Shown here: positions 1 to 8,497 of the stretch, one piece after another
Layout of the letters: each line of letters starts with the position of its first letter
Position numbering within the stretch: position 1 is the stretch's first letter
Assembly (NCBI GenBank): GCA_965372715.1
Contig: CBDVDH010000037.1
Span: 1-38,266, forward strand
Source: an uncultured bacterium
GTDB lineage: Bacteria > B130-G9
Reading direction: 5' to 3'
Length of the DNA stretch: 38,266 nt
Position numbers and translations under genes: made by a program
The notes under the pieces: generated by a model
The model's input: only the letters and a program-made list of their open reading frames with translations
Database searches by the model: none
Told to the model about the DNA's origin: nothing

Positions 1-99
1 ACATAGAGCCCAGCAAACTGCCCCATCAACTTCGAATATGCGTATAATTGTCAGGGTTTAAGTCTTTCGCAAAAGCTCTTCTCTTGGCGAACTGTCCTT

Positions 100-489
100 T
101 TATGCTATCCCGTTATCGATTAGCATCTTGTTCCAGCAATCTCTGAGGTCGCCCAAGATGCGCAGGACCTCGTCGAAGCCGCTCACATCCTGCTTCTCAA
201 TCTCGGTTTCACGCGCCAGCTTACTCATGTGGCTGTAAAGGAAGAAGAAGCTGTCAACCTCCTTGTGTCCGGAGTCGATGGCGAGCGAGCTCATCAGTCC
301 TGAGAGTATGCACAGCAGTTTGCCTCGATACTTGTAGCCTTCCCTGGTGTTTCCCTCCAGCATTCTTCTCCTGGCCAGGCCGGCGGCCTTAATCCCACCT
401 TCGTAAAGCATCAGTATCAAGCGGGGACCGCTGGCAGTTTTGACCTGGACCGAGTGATAGGCTTTCTCTGCGTGCAGCCTTTGGTCCAC
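100..489 (-). CDS. fliS: Flagellar export chaperone FliS (copy 1, divergent)
   Basis: 129 aa with FliS motifs 'AY..VQVKTASGPRLILMLYEG' and 'LYSHM...DEVLRILGDLRDCW'; directly downstream of a flagellin. Confidence 0.85.
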   Translation of the reverse strand: MDQRLHAEKAYHSVQVKTASGPRLILMLYEGGIKAAGLARRRMLEGNTREGYKYRGKLLCILSGLMSSLAIDSGHKEVDSFFFLYSHMSKLARETEIEKQDVSGFDEVLRILGDLRDCWNKMLIDNGIA

Positions 490-591
490 CTATTCACCTC
501 TCTTTGCTCATCGGGGCAACATAAAGGGCAGGGCGCACACGTGTCGTCGCACCCCGCCCGTTATTATCTTCGTTCTTTGGGTCGGTTTTGT

Positions 592-2079
592 TTACAGCTG
601 GAGGATCGATAGCGGCGTCTGCATCTGCATGGTCGCGTGCATGAACATCGTCAGCGCAGCCTGCTGCTGGATCATCTGCCTCGTGAGGTTGAGTTGCTCC
701 TCGACCATGTCGGCCCTCACTATGCGGTCCCTAGCTGCCGTGTTGTTCTCGATCATGGTCGCGAGCGAGCTCTCTCTTATTTGCAGTCTCTGAGATGTCG
801 AACCCAACAGTGTCTCGAACGTTTCCACAGTTGAAATCGCGATGTCGATATGCGCCAGACTCGTCGAGGAGGCGTTCGCAGTCCCAAGACTGATGCCTTC
901 CGCTCCGAGGACACCGGAAATATCAGGGCTCGTGACCCTAGCGGCCTCGGCTTTGATCGAGAAGCTGTCACCCTCTATGAAGTCATCTGTGTGCCCCATC
1001 TGGTCGTAGTCGCTGAACTGGACAGTGATCCCTGAATCCCAAGAGCCATTGCTGATCGTGGCCTTGCCCGTGGAGTCCAGTGATAGTGTGCCGGTTTCCT
1101 GCGTGCCATCAGCGCCGCTGAAAGTGAAAGCTGCGGTCATCTGGCTCTGGCTGGAGATGACTGTCGCGTTGCCGGACCCGGTGACGTTGATCTGGATCGT
1201 GCCATCGACCTCGCCTATGTATGAGCTAGCGGCCGTGGCGGCGGCAGTGCCTGTCGAGCCCTTGTTGCGAAACGACTCGAAGGCGTGAATAATGGAGGCG
1301 GTCGAGCTAAAGGTTGTCCTGTCTCCAACAGCGTAGTCAGTAGAGTTGCCGCTGGCCTCGAGTTGGAACTCAACACCTGCGTCGGAATATGCTGAGCCAA
1401 CGACGCCGGTCGCCTCAGGCGGCTCGCCGGTCGTCGTGCTCTTCACGTTGAACGTCCCAGAACTTGTGAACTCGATCGTCCACTCCGCCGTCTGGACAAG
1501 ACTGTAATCGGTTATATAGGTGTATCGGCCATCACTATCGGTCGTCCACCGAACCTCGGCTGCATCGCCGGTTGCGCCGACCCCGATCTCGCGAGCATAG
1601 AAGCTCTGGTCGATCTTGATCGCGGTGATGTCCCCTGGACTTGGCCCAGTCTGGAAATTGAATAGACCGGCGCCGTTAAGCAACTGTCTGCGGCCCCAGG
1701 TCGTCTGCTTGACCATGTCATCGACCTCTTTGATCTGTTCGGCGATGGTCCTCGCCAGAGCGGACCGCTCCGGGCCCGATTTGGTGGAGTCAGACGCGGT
1801 CAAAGCTGTAGCTCGCATCTCACTGAGAAGGTCCTTGATACCCTTCAGGCCGCCCTCTGCAACCGCGACGAGGTTGCTGGCGTTGCCGACGTTGACCTTC
1901 GCGGTGGTCAGGCCCGAGATGGTCTTGTTCATCATCTCCGAGATGACGTAGTCGGCAGGATTGTCTGATGCCCTTGAGACCTTAAGACCAGTGGCGATCC
2001 TTCGCTCTGTCTGCCCGATGTCCCTCGACAACAGCGCGAGCATGTGCTGAATACCAACTGCTTGTGTTTCTGCGTTCAC
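592..2079 (-). CDS. fliC: Flagellin (copy 1, sigma54-preceded)
   Basis: Flagellin N domain (RIATGLKVSRASDNPA...VAEGGL) and C domain (LGSTSQRL...AARDRIVRADMVEE...QQQAA); GTG start preceded by GGAGG. Confidence 0.9.
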   Translation of the reverse strand: MNAETQAVGIQHMLALLSRDIGQTERRIATGLKVSRASDNPADYVISEMMNKTISGLTTAKVNVGNASNLVAVAEGGLKGIKDLLSEMRATALTASDSTKSGPERSALARTIAEQIKEVDDMVKQTTWGRRQLLNGAGLFNFQTGPSPGDITAIKIDQSFYAREIGVGATGDAAEVRWTTDSDGRYTYITDYSLVQTAEWTIEFTSSGTFNVKSTTTGEPPEATGVVGSAYSDAGVEFQLEASGNSTDYAVGDRTTFSSTASIIHAFESFRNKGSTGTAAATAASSYIGEVDGTIQINVTGSGNATVISSQSQMTAAFTFSGADGTQETGTLSLDSTGKATISNGSWDSGITVQFSDYDQMGHTDDFIEGDSFSIKAEAARVTSPDISGVLGAEGISLGTANASSTSLAHIDIAISTVETFETLLGSTSQRLQIRESSLATMIENNTAARDRIVRADMVEEQLNLTRQMIQQQAALTMFMHATMQMQTPLSILQL

Positions 2080-2166
2080 AATGATTCCTCCGTGCTCATC
2101 TTTCTCTCATCCTATGAATGTTCACGTTGCCTGACAGCGAATAGTCCTCTGCCGCAAGTAGGCTTG

Positions 2167-2182
2167 AGCAAGAACCGTGCCA
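2167..2182 (-). promoter_or_regulatory. Sigma54 (-24/-12) promoter of flagellin copy 1
   Basis: Minus strand reads TGGCACG-GTTC-TTGCT, matching the TGGCACG-N4-TTGCW consensus, about 90 nt upstream of the GTG; about 350 bp of non-coding DNA upstream could hold enhancer sites. Confidence 0.8.
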
Positions 2183-2527
2183 TTCCATCACACTATTGTA
2201 GTTGTATGTTCCTAATCGCCGTTTGAGAAGCGGATTTAGGAAGGCTGTGTGGGCTGATCGCATTGCCATCGCACCAAAGCTCTCAGGCCAATGTACACAG
2301 GAAAGATGGCAGGTTTTTCCGATAGAGTAGGCTCATTCGGGTCCCAAGAGCTCCGCCCGAGAGCCGTCGTGGTGTCGGCGATTGGGCTTGCCTTCGCTTG
2401 TTTAGCGACAGACTCGTTCAGAGGGAAATAATCTCCACCCCTCGGATGGCATCGTTCAGGAACATGGCTCGAGGTGGGATTCTGCGCCGCGTCAGGGTAG
2501 ACTGATCGCGGACGTAAACGGGTGCCG

Positions 2528-2581
2528 AAAAACGGCGATAGGGGGGCCGCGGCGCCGAAGCGCCGATCAGCCCCCTTCGCC
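2528..2581 (-). terminator. Intrinsic terminator after flaG
   Basis: Long GC-rich hairpin with CGGCGC-TTCG-GCGCCG apex, closed by GGCGA..GGGGG/CCCCC..TCGCC and followed by GTTTTT on the minus strand. Confidence 0.6.
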
Positions 2582-2609
2582 TTGCAATGGGGATGGATGA
2601 GGGCTTAAT

Positions 2610-3104
2610 CTAAGCCGTCTGATCGAGAACTATCCCTAGCGTGTTGAGAACTTGGTCCATCGCGGCGAGAAGCTTGTCGGGTGGTATCTTTCGAACTATC
2701 TCACCGCTCTCCCTATCAACCACGCGGATTACTGATATCTCATCCTCGGGGTCGAACTCGAACTCGAGTCGGTTGTTGGACATCTGACTCAGCTCGTTGA
2801 GCATTGAGATGAACTCCTTGAGATCATCTTCTGTCCGTGCCAAGTCCTCCTCGGCAGTTGAGGAACGTGCATCGTCAGTTTCCTCAATAGGAGCTATGCT
2901 CTGAACGTGCGCAGCTGCGTTGTTAATGCTGCCAGTCTTATCCGAGGTTGGCCCGAGGCCCAAAGTGTTGTCTTTCGCTTCAGCGGCCCGGGCATCCGCG
3001 TTAGCTGATTGCTTCTCTTCACTTGGTCGCGCGGCAGCTGCGGCTCTCCTATCCCCATAGACTGAGCTTGTCTGAAAGTTTGAGGCGATTTCGATCCGCA
3101 TCAT
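2610..3104 (-). CDS. flaG: Flagellar protein FlaG
   Basis: C-terminal 'RLEFEFD...VIRVVDRESGEIVRKIPPDKLL...GIVLDQTA' is the FlaG signature. Confidence 0.9.
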   Translation of the reverse strand: MMRIEIASNFQTSSVYGDRRAAAAARPSEEKQSANADARAAEAKDNTLGLGPTSDKTGSINNAAAHVQSIAPIEETDDARSSTAEEDLARTEDDLKEFISMLNELSQMSNNRLEFEFDPEDEISVIRVVDRESGEIVRKIPPDKLLAAMDQVLNTLGIVLDQTA

Positions 3105-3109
3105 CTTAG

Positions 3110-3532
3110 CTACCTCCCGGCTAGCGCCAGATCAGTGGTGTTAGCCATCTTGTTACGGGCCAACATCTCCTCCCAGCTATTTCTGAGCTCGCCCATGATG
3201 TGCAAGACCTCGTCGAAGCCGCTCGCATCTTGCTGCTCGATTACGGTCTTTCGCACCATTCTGCTCATGTAGTCATAGAGGAAGAAGAAACTGTTGACCT
3301 CCTCGCGCCCTGAATCCAGGACCAACGAGCGCGTCAGTTCAGACAACACGTTCAGCAGTTTGCCTCGAGACTTGTAGGCTTCCCTCAAGTTCCCGTCGTT
3401 CGTATGTCTTTTAGCAAGTCCAGCGAACTTGAGCGCACCCTCGTAGAGCATGAGTACCATGCGCGGGCCGCTGGCTGTTGCGAACTGCACTGCTTGATAC
3501 GCCCTTCCGGCGGTCATCTGCTGATTCAACAT
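3110..3532 (-). CDS. fliS: Flagellar export chaperone FliS (copy 2)
   Basis: 'AYQAVQFATASGPRMVLMLYEGALKF...LYDYM...DEVLHIMGELRNSW'; paralog of 100..489. Confidence 0.88.
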   Translation of the reverse strand: MLNQQMTAGRAYQAVQFATASGPRMVLMLYEGALKFAGLAKRHTNDGNLREAYKSRGKLLNVLSELTRSLVLDSGREEVNSFFFLYDYMSRMVRKTVIEQQDASGFDEVLHIMGELRNSWEEMLARNKMANTTDLALAGR

Positions 3533-3574
3533 TCTAACTTGCCTTTCAACTTCTTCTCGAGGAAACGAAGCGAA

Positions 3575-3603
3575 GGTAGGGGGAGCAGAGGCTCCCCCTT
3601 ACC
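3575..3603 (-). terminator. Stem-loop between flagellin copy 2 and fliS (partial terminator or mRNA stabiliser)
   Basis: Plus strand AGGGGGAGC-AGAG-GCTCCCCCT, a 9-bp perfect stem; only a weak U-tract on the minus strand. Confidence 0.5.
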
Positions 3604-3635
3604 GTCGCGCTATCTGTTCTGACTTTCTACATTCC

Positions 3636-5123
3636 CTATATACTGAGGATTGACAGAGGTAGTTGCATCTGCATCGTCGCGTGCGCGAACATCGCAAGCG
3701 CAGCCTGCTGCTGCACCGTGTACCTAGTCAGGTTCAGCTGCTCCTCAACCAGGTCAGCTTTCACGATACGGTCCATGGCCGCCGTGTTGTTCTCGATCAT
3801 TGTCGAGAGTGAGCTCTCCCTGATCTGAAGCCTCCGGGATGTCGAACCAAGAATCGTCTCATACGTCTCCACCAACGAGATCGCCTTGTCGATGTGAGCG
3901 ATTGAGGTCGAGGCAGCGGCCGCAGACGTCAGGCTGATGCCGCTCTCCCCAAGGATACCCGTCGTGTCGGGTCCCGTTACGGATGCAGCGGTAACGTCAA
4001 ACGAGAAGCTGTCGCCAGCCACGAAGTCGTTCGTGCTTCCGATCTGGTCGTAGTCGCTGAGCTGAATCGTGATCCCAGAATCCCACGCACCATCGACCAG
4101 GCTGGCCTTGCCGTCCGCGTCGATCGACAACGTGCCGCTGTGTTCTGTCCCATCCGTGCCGCTGAACGTGAATGAAGCGGTCAGCTGGCCCTGACTGGAT
4201 ATGACCGTCGCGTTACCAGACCCAGTGACGTTGATCTGGAACGTCCCGTTCATCTCACCTGTGTACTGGCTTCCGGCGGTTGCGGCCGCGTTGCCTGTCG
4301 TGCCTTTGCTGCGAAACGTCTCAACCGCGTCAATGGCCGCCGCCTGGCTGCTGAAGGTGATCCTGTCGCCAACCGCGTAGTCAGTGGAGTTGGCGCTCGC
4401 CGCCAGCTGGAACGTGATGCCAGCGTCTGCATACGCCGAACCGACCGCGCCTGTTGAAGTTGGGGGCTCATGGATCGTCGTGCTAGTTACGTTGAACGTG
4501 CCAGCGCTCGTGAACTCGATTGTCCACTCCGCATCCTCAGCCGCGCTGTAGTCGGCAACGTAGATCTTCCGACCATCTGAGTCTTCCGTCCAGTCCGCCT
4601 GAGCGGCCGAACCAGTCAGGCCCACACCGATCTCTCGAGCGTAGAAACTCTGGTCGATCTTGATCGATGTTACGTCGCCCGGGTTTGCACCCGTCTGGAA
4701 GTTGAACAACCCTGCGCCATTGAGCAGCATATTGCCGCCCCACGTGGTCTGCTTGACCATGTCATCAACTTCCTTCATCATCTCGTCAACCGTCCGGCCC
4801 AACGCGGCGCGCTCTGCCCCGGATTTCGTAGCGTCAGCGGCCGTCAATGCGGTCGCTCGCATTTCGCTGAGAAGGCTCTTGATGCCGGTCATGCCGCCTT
4901 CCCCAACCGCCACTAGGTTGCTGGCGTTGCCGACGTTGGCCCTGGCCGTCTGAAGACCATTGATCGTTTTGCTCATCATCTGAGAGATGACGTAGTCGGC
5001 GGGGTTGTCAGACGCCTTGGACACCTTGTAGCCCGTCGAGATCCTGTTCTGGGTCGTGGCCACAAGCGTGCTGATTGAGGCAAGCATATTCTGTATGCCA
5101 ATAGCTTGCGTTTCTGCGTTCAT
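3636..5123 (-). CDS. fliC: Flagellin (copy 2, sigma28-preceded)
   Basis: Paralog of 592..2079. Start reassigned to the ATG at 5123 (MNAETQAIG) with GGAGG upstream, giving the same 495 aa length. Confidence 0.9.
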   Translation of the reverse strand: MNAETQAIGIQNMLASISTLVATTQNRISTGYKVSKASDNPADYVISQMMSKTINGLQTARANVGNASNLVAVGEGGMTGIKSLLSEMRATALTAADATKSGAERAALGRTVDEMMKEVDDMVKQTTWGGNMLLNGAGLFNFQTGANPGDVTSIKIDQSFYAREIGVGLTGSAAQADWTEDSDGRKIYVADYSAAEDAEWTIEFTSAGTFNVTSTTIHEPPTSTGAVGSAYADAGITFQLAASANSTDYAVGDRITFSSQAAAIDAVETFRSKGTTGNAAATAGSQYTGEMNGTFQINVTGSGNATVISSQGQLTASFTFSGTDGTEHSGTLSIDADGKASLVDGAWDSGITIQLSDYDQIGSTNDFVAGDSFSFDVTAASVTGPDTTGILGESGISLTSAAAASTSIAHIDKAISLVETYETILGSTSRRLQIRESSLSTMIENNTAAMDRIVKADLVEEQLNLTRYTVQQQAALAMFAHATMQMQLPLSILSI

Positions 5124-5129
5124 TTGTTT

Positions 5130-5190
5130 CCTCCGTGATTTCAGCCATGAACATGGCTGGTGTTCGGGCATCCTTGCCCTAGTTCCTAGC
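5130..5190 (-). promoter_or_regulatory. Putative CsrA/RsmA binding sites in flagellin leader
   Basis: Minus strand GGGCA-AGGA-TGCCC hairpin with AGGA loop (5166-5179), a second AGGA just upstream and ACGGA overlapping the SD. Confidence 0.55.
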
Positions 5191-5304
5191 CGCGCTGCTT
5201 TTCGCAGCCAGCTTCTGAATCCAAAAGAGTCTTGACCCTGGGCTTCACCTCCCTCTCTGATTCTCTTCTTACCTTCCAGGCATTCGCATCAACTGCTCCA
5301 GCAC

Positions 5305-5331
5305 TTATCGAAGGCAGCCGGGGAAACTTTA
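5305..5331 (-). promoter_or_regulatory. Sigma28 (FliA) promoter of flagellin copy 2
   Basis: Minus strand TAAAGTTT-N11-TTCGATAA versus consensus TAAAGTTT-N11-GCCGATAA. Confidence 0.75.
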
Positions 5332-5408
5332 GGGCTTTTTTGCAGGCCAATCGCGAGACCCTACGGGGGCGGGGCAAGGAGGCTGTCTCATAAGTCGATT
5401 GGGGTTGC

Positions 5409-5479
5409 GTAGGGGCGGACCCCCGCGTCCGCCCTCCGTGATTCAATTGGATCGGGCAGGCGCGGGGGCCTGCCCCTAC
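5409..5479. repeat. GTAG-type REP-like inverted pair
   Basis: GTAGGGGCGGACCCCCGCGTCCGCCC ... GGGCAGGCGCGGGGGCCTGCCCCTAC; the terminal CTAC contains the TAG stop of the radical SAM gene. Confidence 0.75.
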
Positions 5480-6489
5480 AACACGTGCTCGCCCTCGCGC
5501 GCGGACATGCGGCCGTCGAAGCGCCCGTCAACGTGCTCCGTCTCATACTCCGAGCAAAAGCTGCACAGCGAGCAGAAGCGCCCGTGGCCGTGATCCGCGC
5601 GCAGGCGAATCATTTCGCCCGAATTGAGGATGCTTGTTATATCTTGCTCGGTGGCATCTCCCACCTGAAGCGCCCCGTCATAGTCCACGCAACACGCAAC
5701 CACCCGGCCGTCCCAAAGAACCACAAGCGTTCCCTTCCATAGCTCCCGACACGGCCTGACGCGTCTCACCTCATCGTAGGTCAACATCGGCTGAAAACTT
5801 ATGTAGTCCACCTTGCCTGCCCAGACCGACTTGAACCGCTCCACCTGATGCTCCGTGTCCGCCGAGACCACGTAGTTGATCTCGACCCGGAGCCTCGGAT
5901 TATGCTTCTCCTTCATCTTCAGGAAGCCCAATAGATTCTGCTCCAATACGCGGTAATCAACCCCCCGAAGCGAGGTATAGACATCGTCGAGTCCGTCTAT
6001 TGAGAAGCATATAGTCGAAAGGCCGGCCCGAATGATCTCTTCAGACAGCGACGGCGTCAGCAAAGTACCGTTTGTAACCATGAACGTTCTATGGCCGAGG
6101 CGCGTTGCCATTTGAATGATACCTGCAAGCTCGGGATGCAGCAGCGGCTCGCCCCAGTCGTAAAGATATACGTATTGAAGATGCTTGCAGCCTCTCAGAG
6201 CCCTTTCTGCGAGAGCGGGGTCCATGAATCCCCTCTGTCGCGTCATCTTCTCGCTCGGACAAAAGCAACACTTCAGGTTGCAGCGATTCGTCACCTCAAG
6301 CATGACGCTTGTGAGATAGAACGTCTTGGGGAGCCTCAGAACGAACGCGAGATGATTCAGCGCGGACCTCGCGAGATCGGCCGGGGTTTTACACCTATCA
6401 AAGACTACATCCGCGACCTGCCTGTTCCTGGCAATCCTCCGCGCGGCGATCAAGGCAAGGGAGCGCGCAGCCGCCTCAAGCTTGCCCAT
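5476..6489 (-). CDS. Radical SAM protein with C-terminal SPASM/twitch domain
   Basis: CxxxCxxC (CNLKCCFC), WGEPLLHP, TNG, SIDG; C-terminal CRELW...GRVVACC...LCSFC; 5' end overlaps the gatE 3' end by 14 bp. Confidence 0.88.
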   Translation of the reverse strand: MGKLEAAARSLALIAARRIARNRQVADVVFDRCKTPADLARSALNHLAFVLRLPKTFYLTSVMLEVTNRCNLKCCFCPSEKMTRQRGFMDPALAERALRGCKHLQYVYLYDWGEPLLHPELAGIIQMATRLGHRTFMVTNGTLLTPSLSEEIIRAGLSTICFSIDGLDDVYTSLRGVDYRVLEQNLLGFLKMKEKHNPRLRVEINYVVSADTEHQVERFKSVWAGKVDYISFQPMLTYDEVRRVRPCRELWKGTLVVLWDGRVVACCVDYDGALQVGDATEQDITSILNSGEMIRLRADHGHGRFCSLCSFCSEYETEHVDGRFDGRMSAREGEHVL

Positions 6490-8419
6490 AAGCCTTACTC
6501 AAGGCCGTGCGGAGGGCCTTAGCAACCCCCCTGGGCTGAAGCTTCCAGGCAGATGAGCACATGATGTCGCCCATCAGCGCCTCAAACACCTTATCTTCCG
6601 GCAGCGCTTCAAGCAGCTCTCGCCGAACCTCAATTCGCGCTGAAATGAACGCATCAAGCGCTCTTTTATCTAGTAGGTCCAGCCGATAGCGCTCGACCGC
6701 AACCTCAAGGGCATCGTCTAAGACGAGAATATCCCGCATCACCCACGCGACGGCTTCCTTCGACAACCTGCCCTCCTTGTAGGTCCTGAAAAGCTCGAAC
6801 ATCTCGTCGTCCAGAAGCCCCGACACGTCGAAACCAGCCCGCTCAAACCTCCTCAATCGCTGCGTGAGGACCGACGCCGCAAAACGCGGCTCAACGTTCA
6901 GTTCAGCCACAATTCGGTCGAAGACCAGCCAGCGCCCGTTGCGCATCAACTGCTTGACCGTCTCATCCGAGAGGCCGAGCTTGCGGAAACGCTCGTAGGC
7001 CTCGAATGGGTTGGCCCGGATATGGCCCTTTGTGCGCTCGGCACACTCAATCGGAACCGCAAGCGGCGGCAGATCGGTATCAGGATACATCCGATCGGGC
7101 CCAGGCAGGATTCGTTCAAAGCCTGTCGTCCCATCATCATACGCCTGCCTCGTCTCATTCGGAACACCGTCAATTGCGTCCTCTATTCTCAGTCGCGCCT
7201 CTGAAACTGCCGTCTTGACGTCCGGCCTGTTGCCCCAGACCAGAATGACTGCATCGTCCTTCGAGGCGCCAAGCGCGGAGAATATCTCTGCCCAAGCCTC
7301 GTCGCTGAGGTCACCGGTCTGCGTCTTGCCATCACTCCAGAGTATGTTGGGCTCGCCGTCCAGGCACGCAATGACCTTGATCCGCTGCGAGACCTCGAAG
7401 CCGAAGGTCTTATCGGGCTGTAGCTCGAAGCCAAGAAGTCCGGCAAGCCTGCCGAGCCCAATTGCCTCAACGCAGTTGCCCGGTTCTGCACCGAGCCCTG
7501 CTCCTAGGATTTCGGAGCCATGTTCACCAATAATACCGGTGACGTCCTTGTCCCAGCACTTCAGGCTGTCCTTTGTGACGCCGCGATTCGCGAGCTCGTC
7601 CCTGAGCTCCAGCAGGTGCTTCTGCCGCAGCGCCTCGAAATGGACAAGCGGGCCAATACGGGCGATCTGCGGAACGCCCTTTATCTCGACTCGCGTTGAG
7701 CCTGCGATGCTGACGTTCACGTCCTGACGCACGCTGCCTAGACCGCGTTGCACGAGTCCCGTCGCCTTGAGGCTCGTGCCGATCTGCTCCGCGACGCCCT
7801 GAACCTCCTGAGGCGTAACCATGTCGCGCTCGGTAACGACCTCGATGAGCGGCGTGCCGAGGCGATCGGCCTTGAACGTAATGCGGTGGCCGACGTCCGA
7901 GACTTCCCGGCAGGCATCCTCCTCGAGGCCGAGCTGCCGGACGCGGATTTTTCTGCCTTTGCAGTGGATGGCGCCGTCTATCCCTATGATGCAGGTCCGC
8001 TGGAAGCCCGTCGGGATACTCCCGTCGAGATATTGTTTGCGAGTTATGAATATCTCGTCGATCAGCGTGCAGCCGAGAAGCGTCGCAATGACGAGCGCAA
8101 TATCTACGGCGTCCTGATTGATCATAAACGGCGGCGTGTCGTCCATCTCATACGTGCAAACACAGTCGTGATACAGCTGATAGACGACCTCTTTCTTGGT
8201 CTTGAACTCCATCAACGCCGTCCCGTCGTATTCGCCGAGCTCGGACAGCGTGGGACGCATGTGCCGCACCACAACGGCGTCGAAATCGTTGTCTTTGTGC
8301 ATGATTACCGGACAGCGGCAGAAGAGCTTCTTTGACGTTTTGATCTGCTGGTGTATCTCAATGCCGGACGTGAGGCCTAGCTCTTTGTATTCCTCGTCGC
8401 TCAGATAATCGACCTTCAA
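6476..8419 (-). CDS. gatE: Archaeal-type Glu-tRNA(Gln) amidotransferase subunit E
   Basis: 647 aa; GIEIHQQ..KKLFCRCP, RPTLSELGE, DGS..TGFQRT, LEEDA, DRLGTPLIEV, RGLGSVRQDVNVSI, RVEIKGV, an insertion domain and GVPNETR...RILPGPDRMYPDTD. Length and motifs fit GatE rather than GatB. TTG start with AGGAG SD. Confidence 0.9.
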   Translation of the reverse strand: MKVDYLSDEEYKELGLTSGIEIHQQIKTSKKLFCRCPVIMHKDNDFDAVVVRHMRPTLSELGEYDGTALMEFKTKKEVVYQLYHDCVCTYEMDDTPPFMINQDAVDIALVIATLLGCTLIDEIFITRKQYLDGSIPTGFQRTCIIGIDGAIHCKGRKIRVRQLGLEEDACREVSDVGHRITFKADRLGTPLIEVVTERDMVTPQEVQGVAEQIGTSLKATGLVQRGLGSVRQDVNVSIAGSTRVEIKGVPQIARIGPLVHFEALRQKHLLELRDELANRGVTKDSLKCWDKDVTGIIGEHGSEILGAGLGAEPGNCVEAIGLGRLAGLLGFELQPDKTFGFEVSQRIKVIACLDGEPNILWSDGKTQTGDLSDEAWAEIFSALGASKDDAVILVWGNRPDVKTAVSEARLRIEDAIDGVPNETRQAYDDGTTGFERILPGPDRMYPDTDLPPLAVPIECAERTKGHIRANPFEAYERFRKLGLSDETVKQLMRNGRWLVFDRIVAELNVEPRFAASVLTQRLRRFERAGFDVSGLLDDEMFELFRTYKEGRLSKEAVAWVMRDILVLDDALEVAVERYRLDLLDKRALDAFISARIEVRRELLEALPEDKVFEALMGDIMCSSAWKLQPRGVAKALRTALSKAYGQA

Positions 8420-8497
8420 CCCTGAACTCTCCTTCGCTCACCAGGCAACCAATTCGCCGTTTTCCCGGACGGCTAACCGCCAACCGCCAACCGATCA

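Noticed and set aside
592-594. Genome-wide reassignment of UAA/UAG to an amino acid, suggested by the UUA tRNA
   Set aside because: TAA ends flagellin 1 at the same position where TAG ends flagellin 2, TAA/TAG end gspF, gspE and pilT at expected lengths, and no conserved gene here has an internal TAA or TAG.
2230-2520. Enhancer-binding protein or IHF sites upstream of the sigma54 promoter
   Set aside because: Only weak partial palindromes are visible; nothing specific enough to call.
5124-5171. 16-aa N-terminal extension of flagellin 2 given in the ORF track
   Set aside because: The SD precedes the ATG at 5123, which matches the paralog's start; the extension is structured leader RNA.
6476-8419. 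Annotation as gatB
   Set aside because: Too long, has the GatE insertion and GatE-type motifs (HQQ, SELGE, GFQRT, RQDVNVSI), and lacks the GatB YPDLPKGYQ motif.
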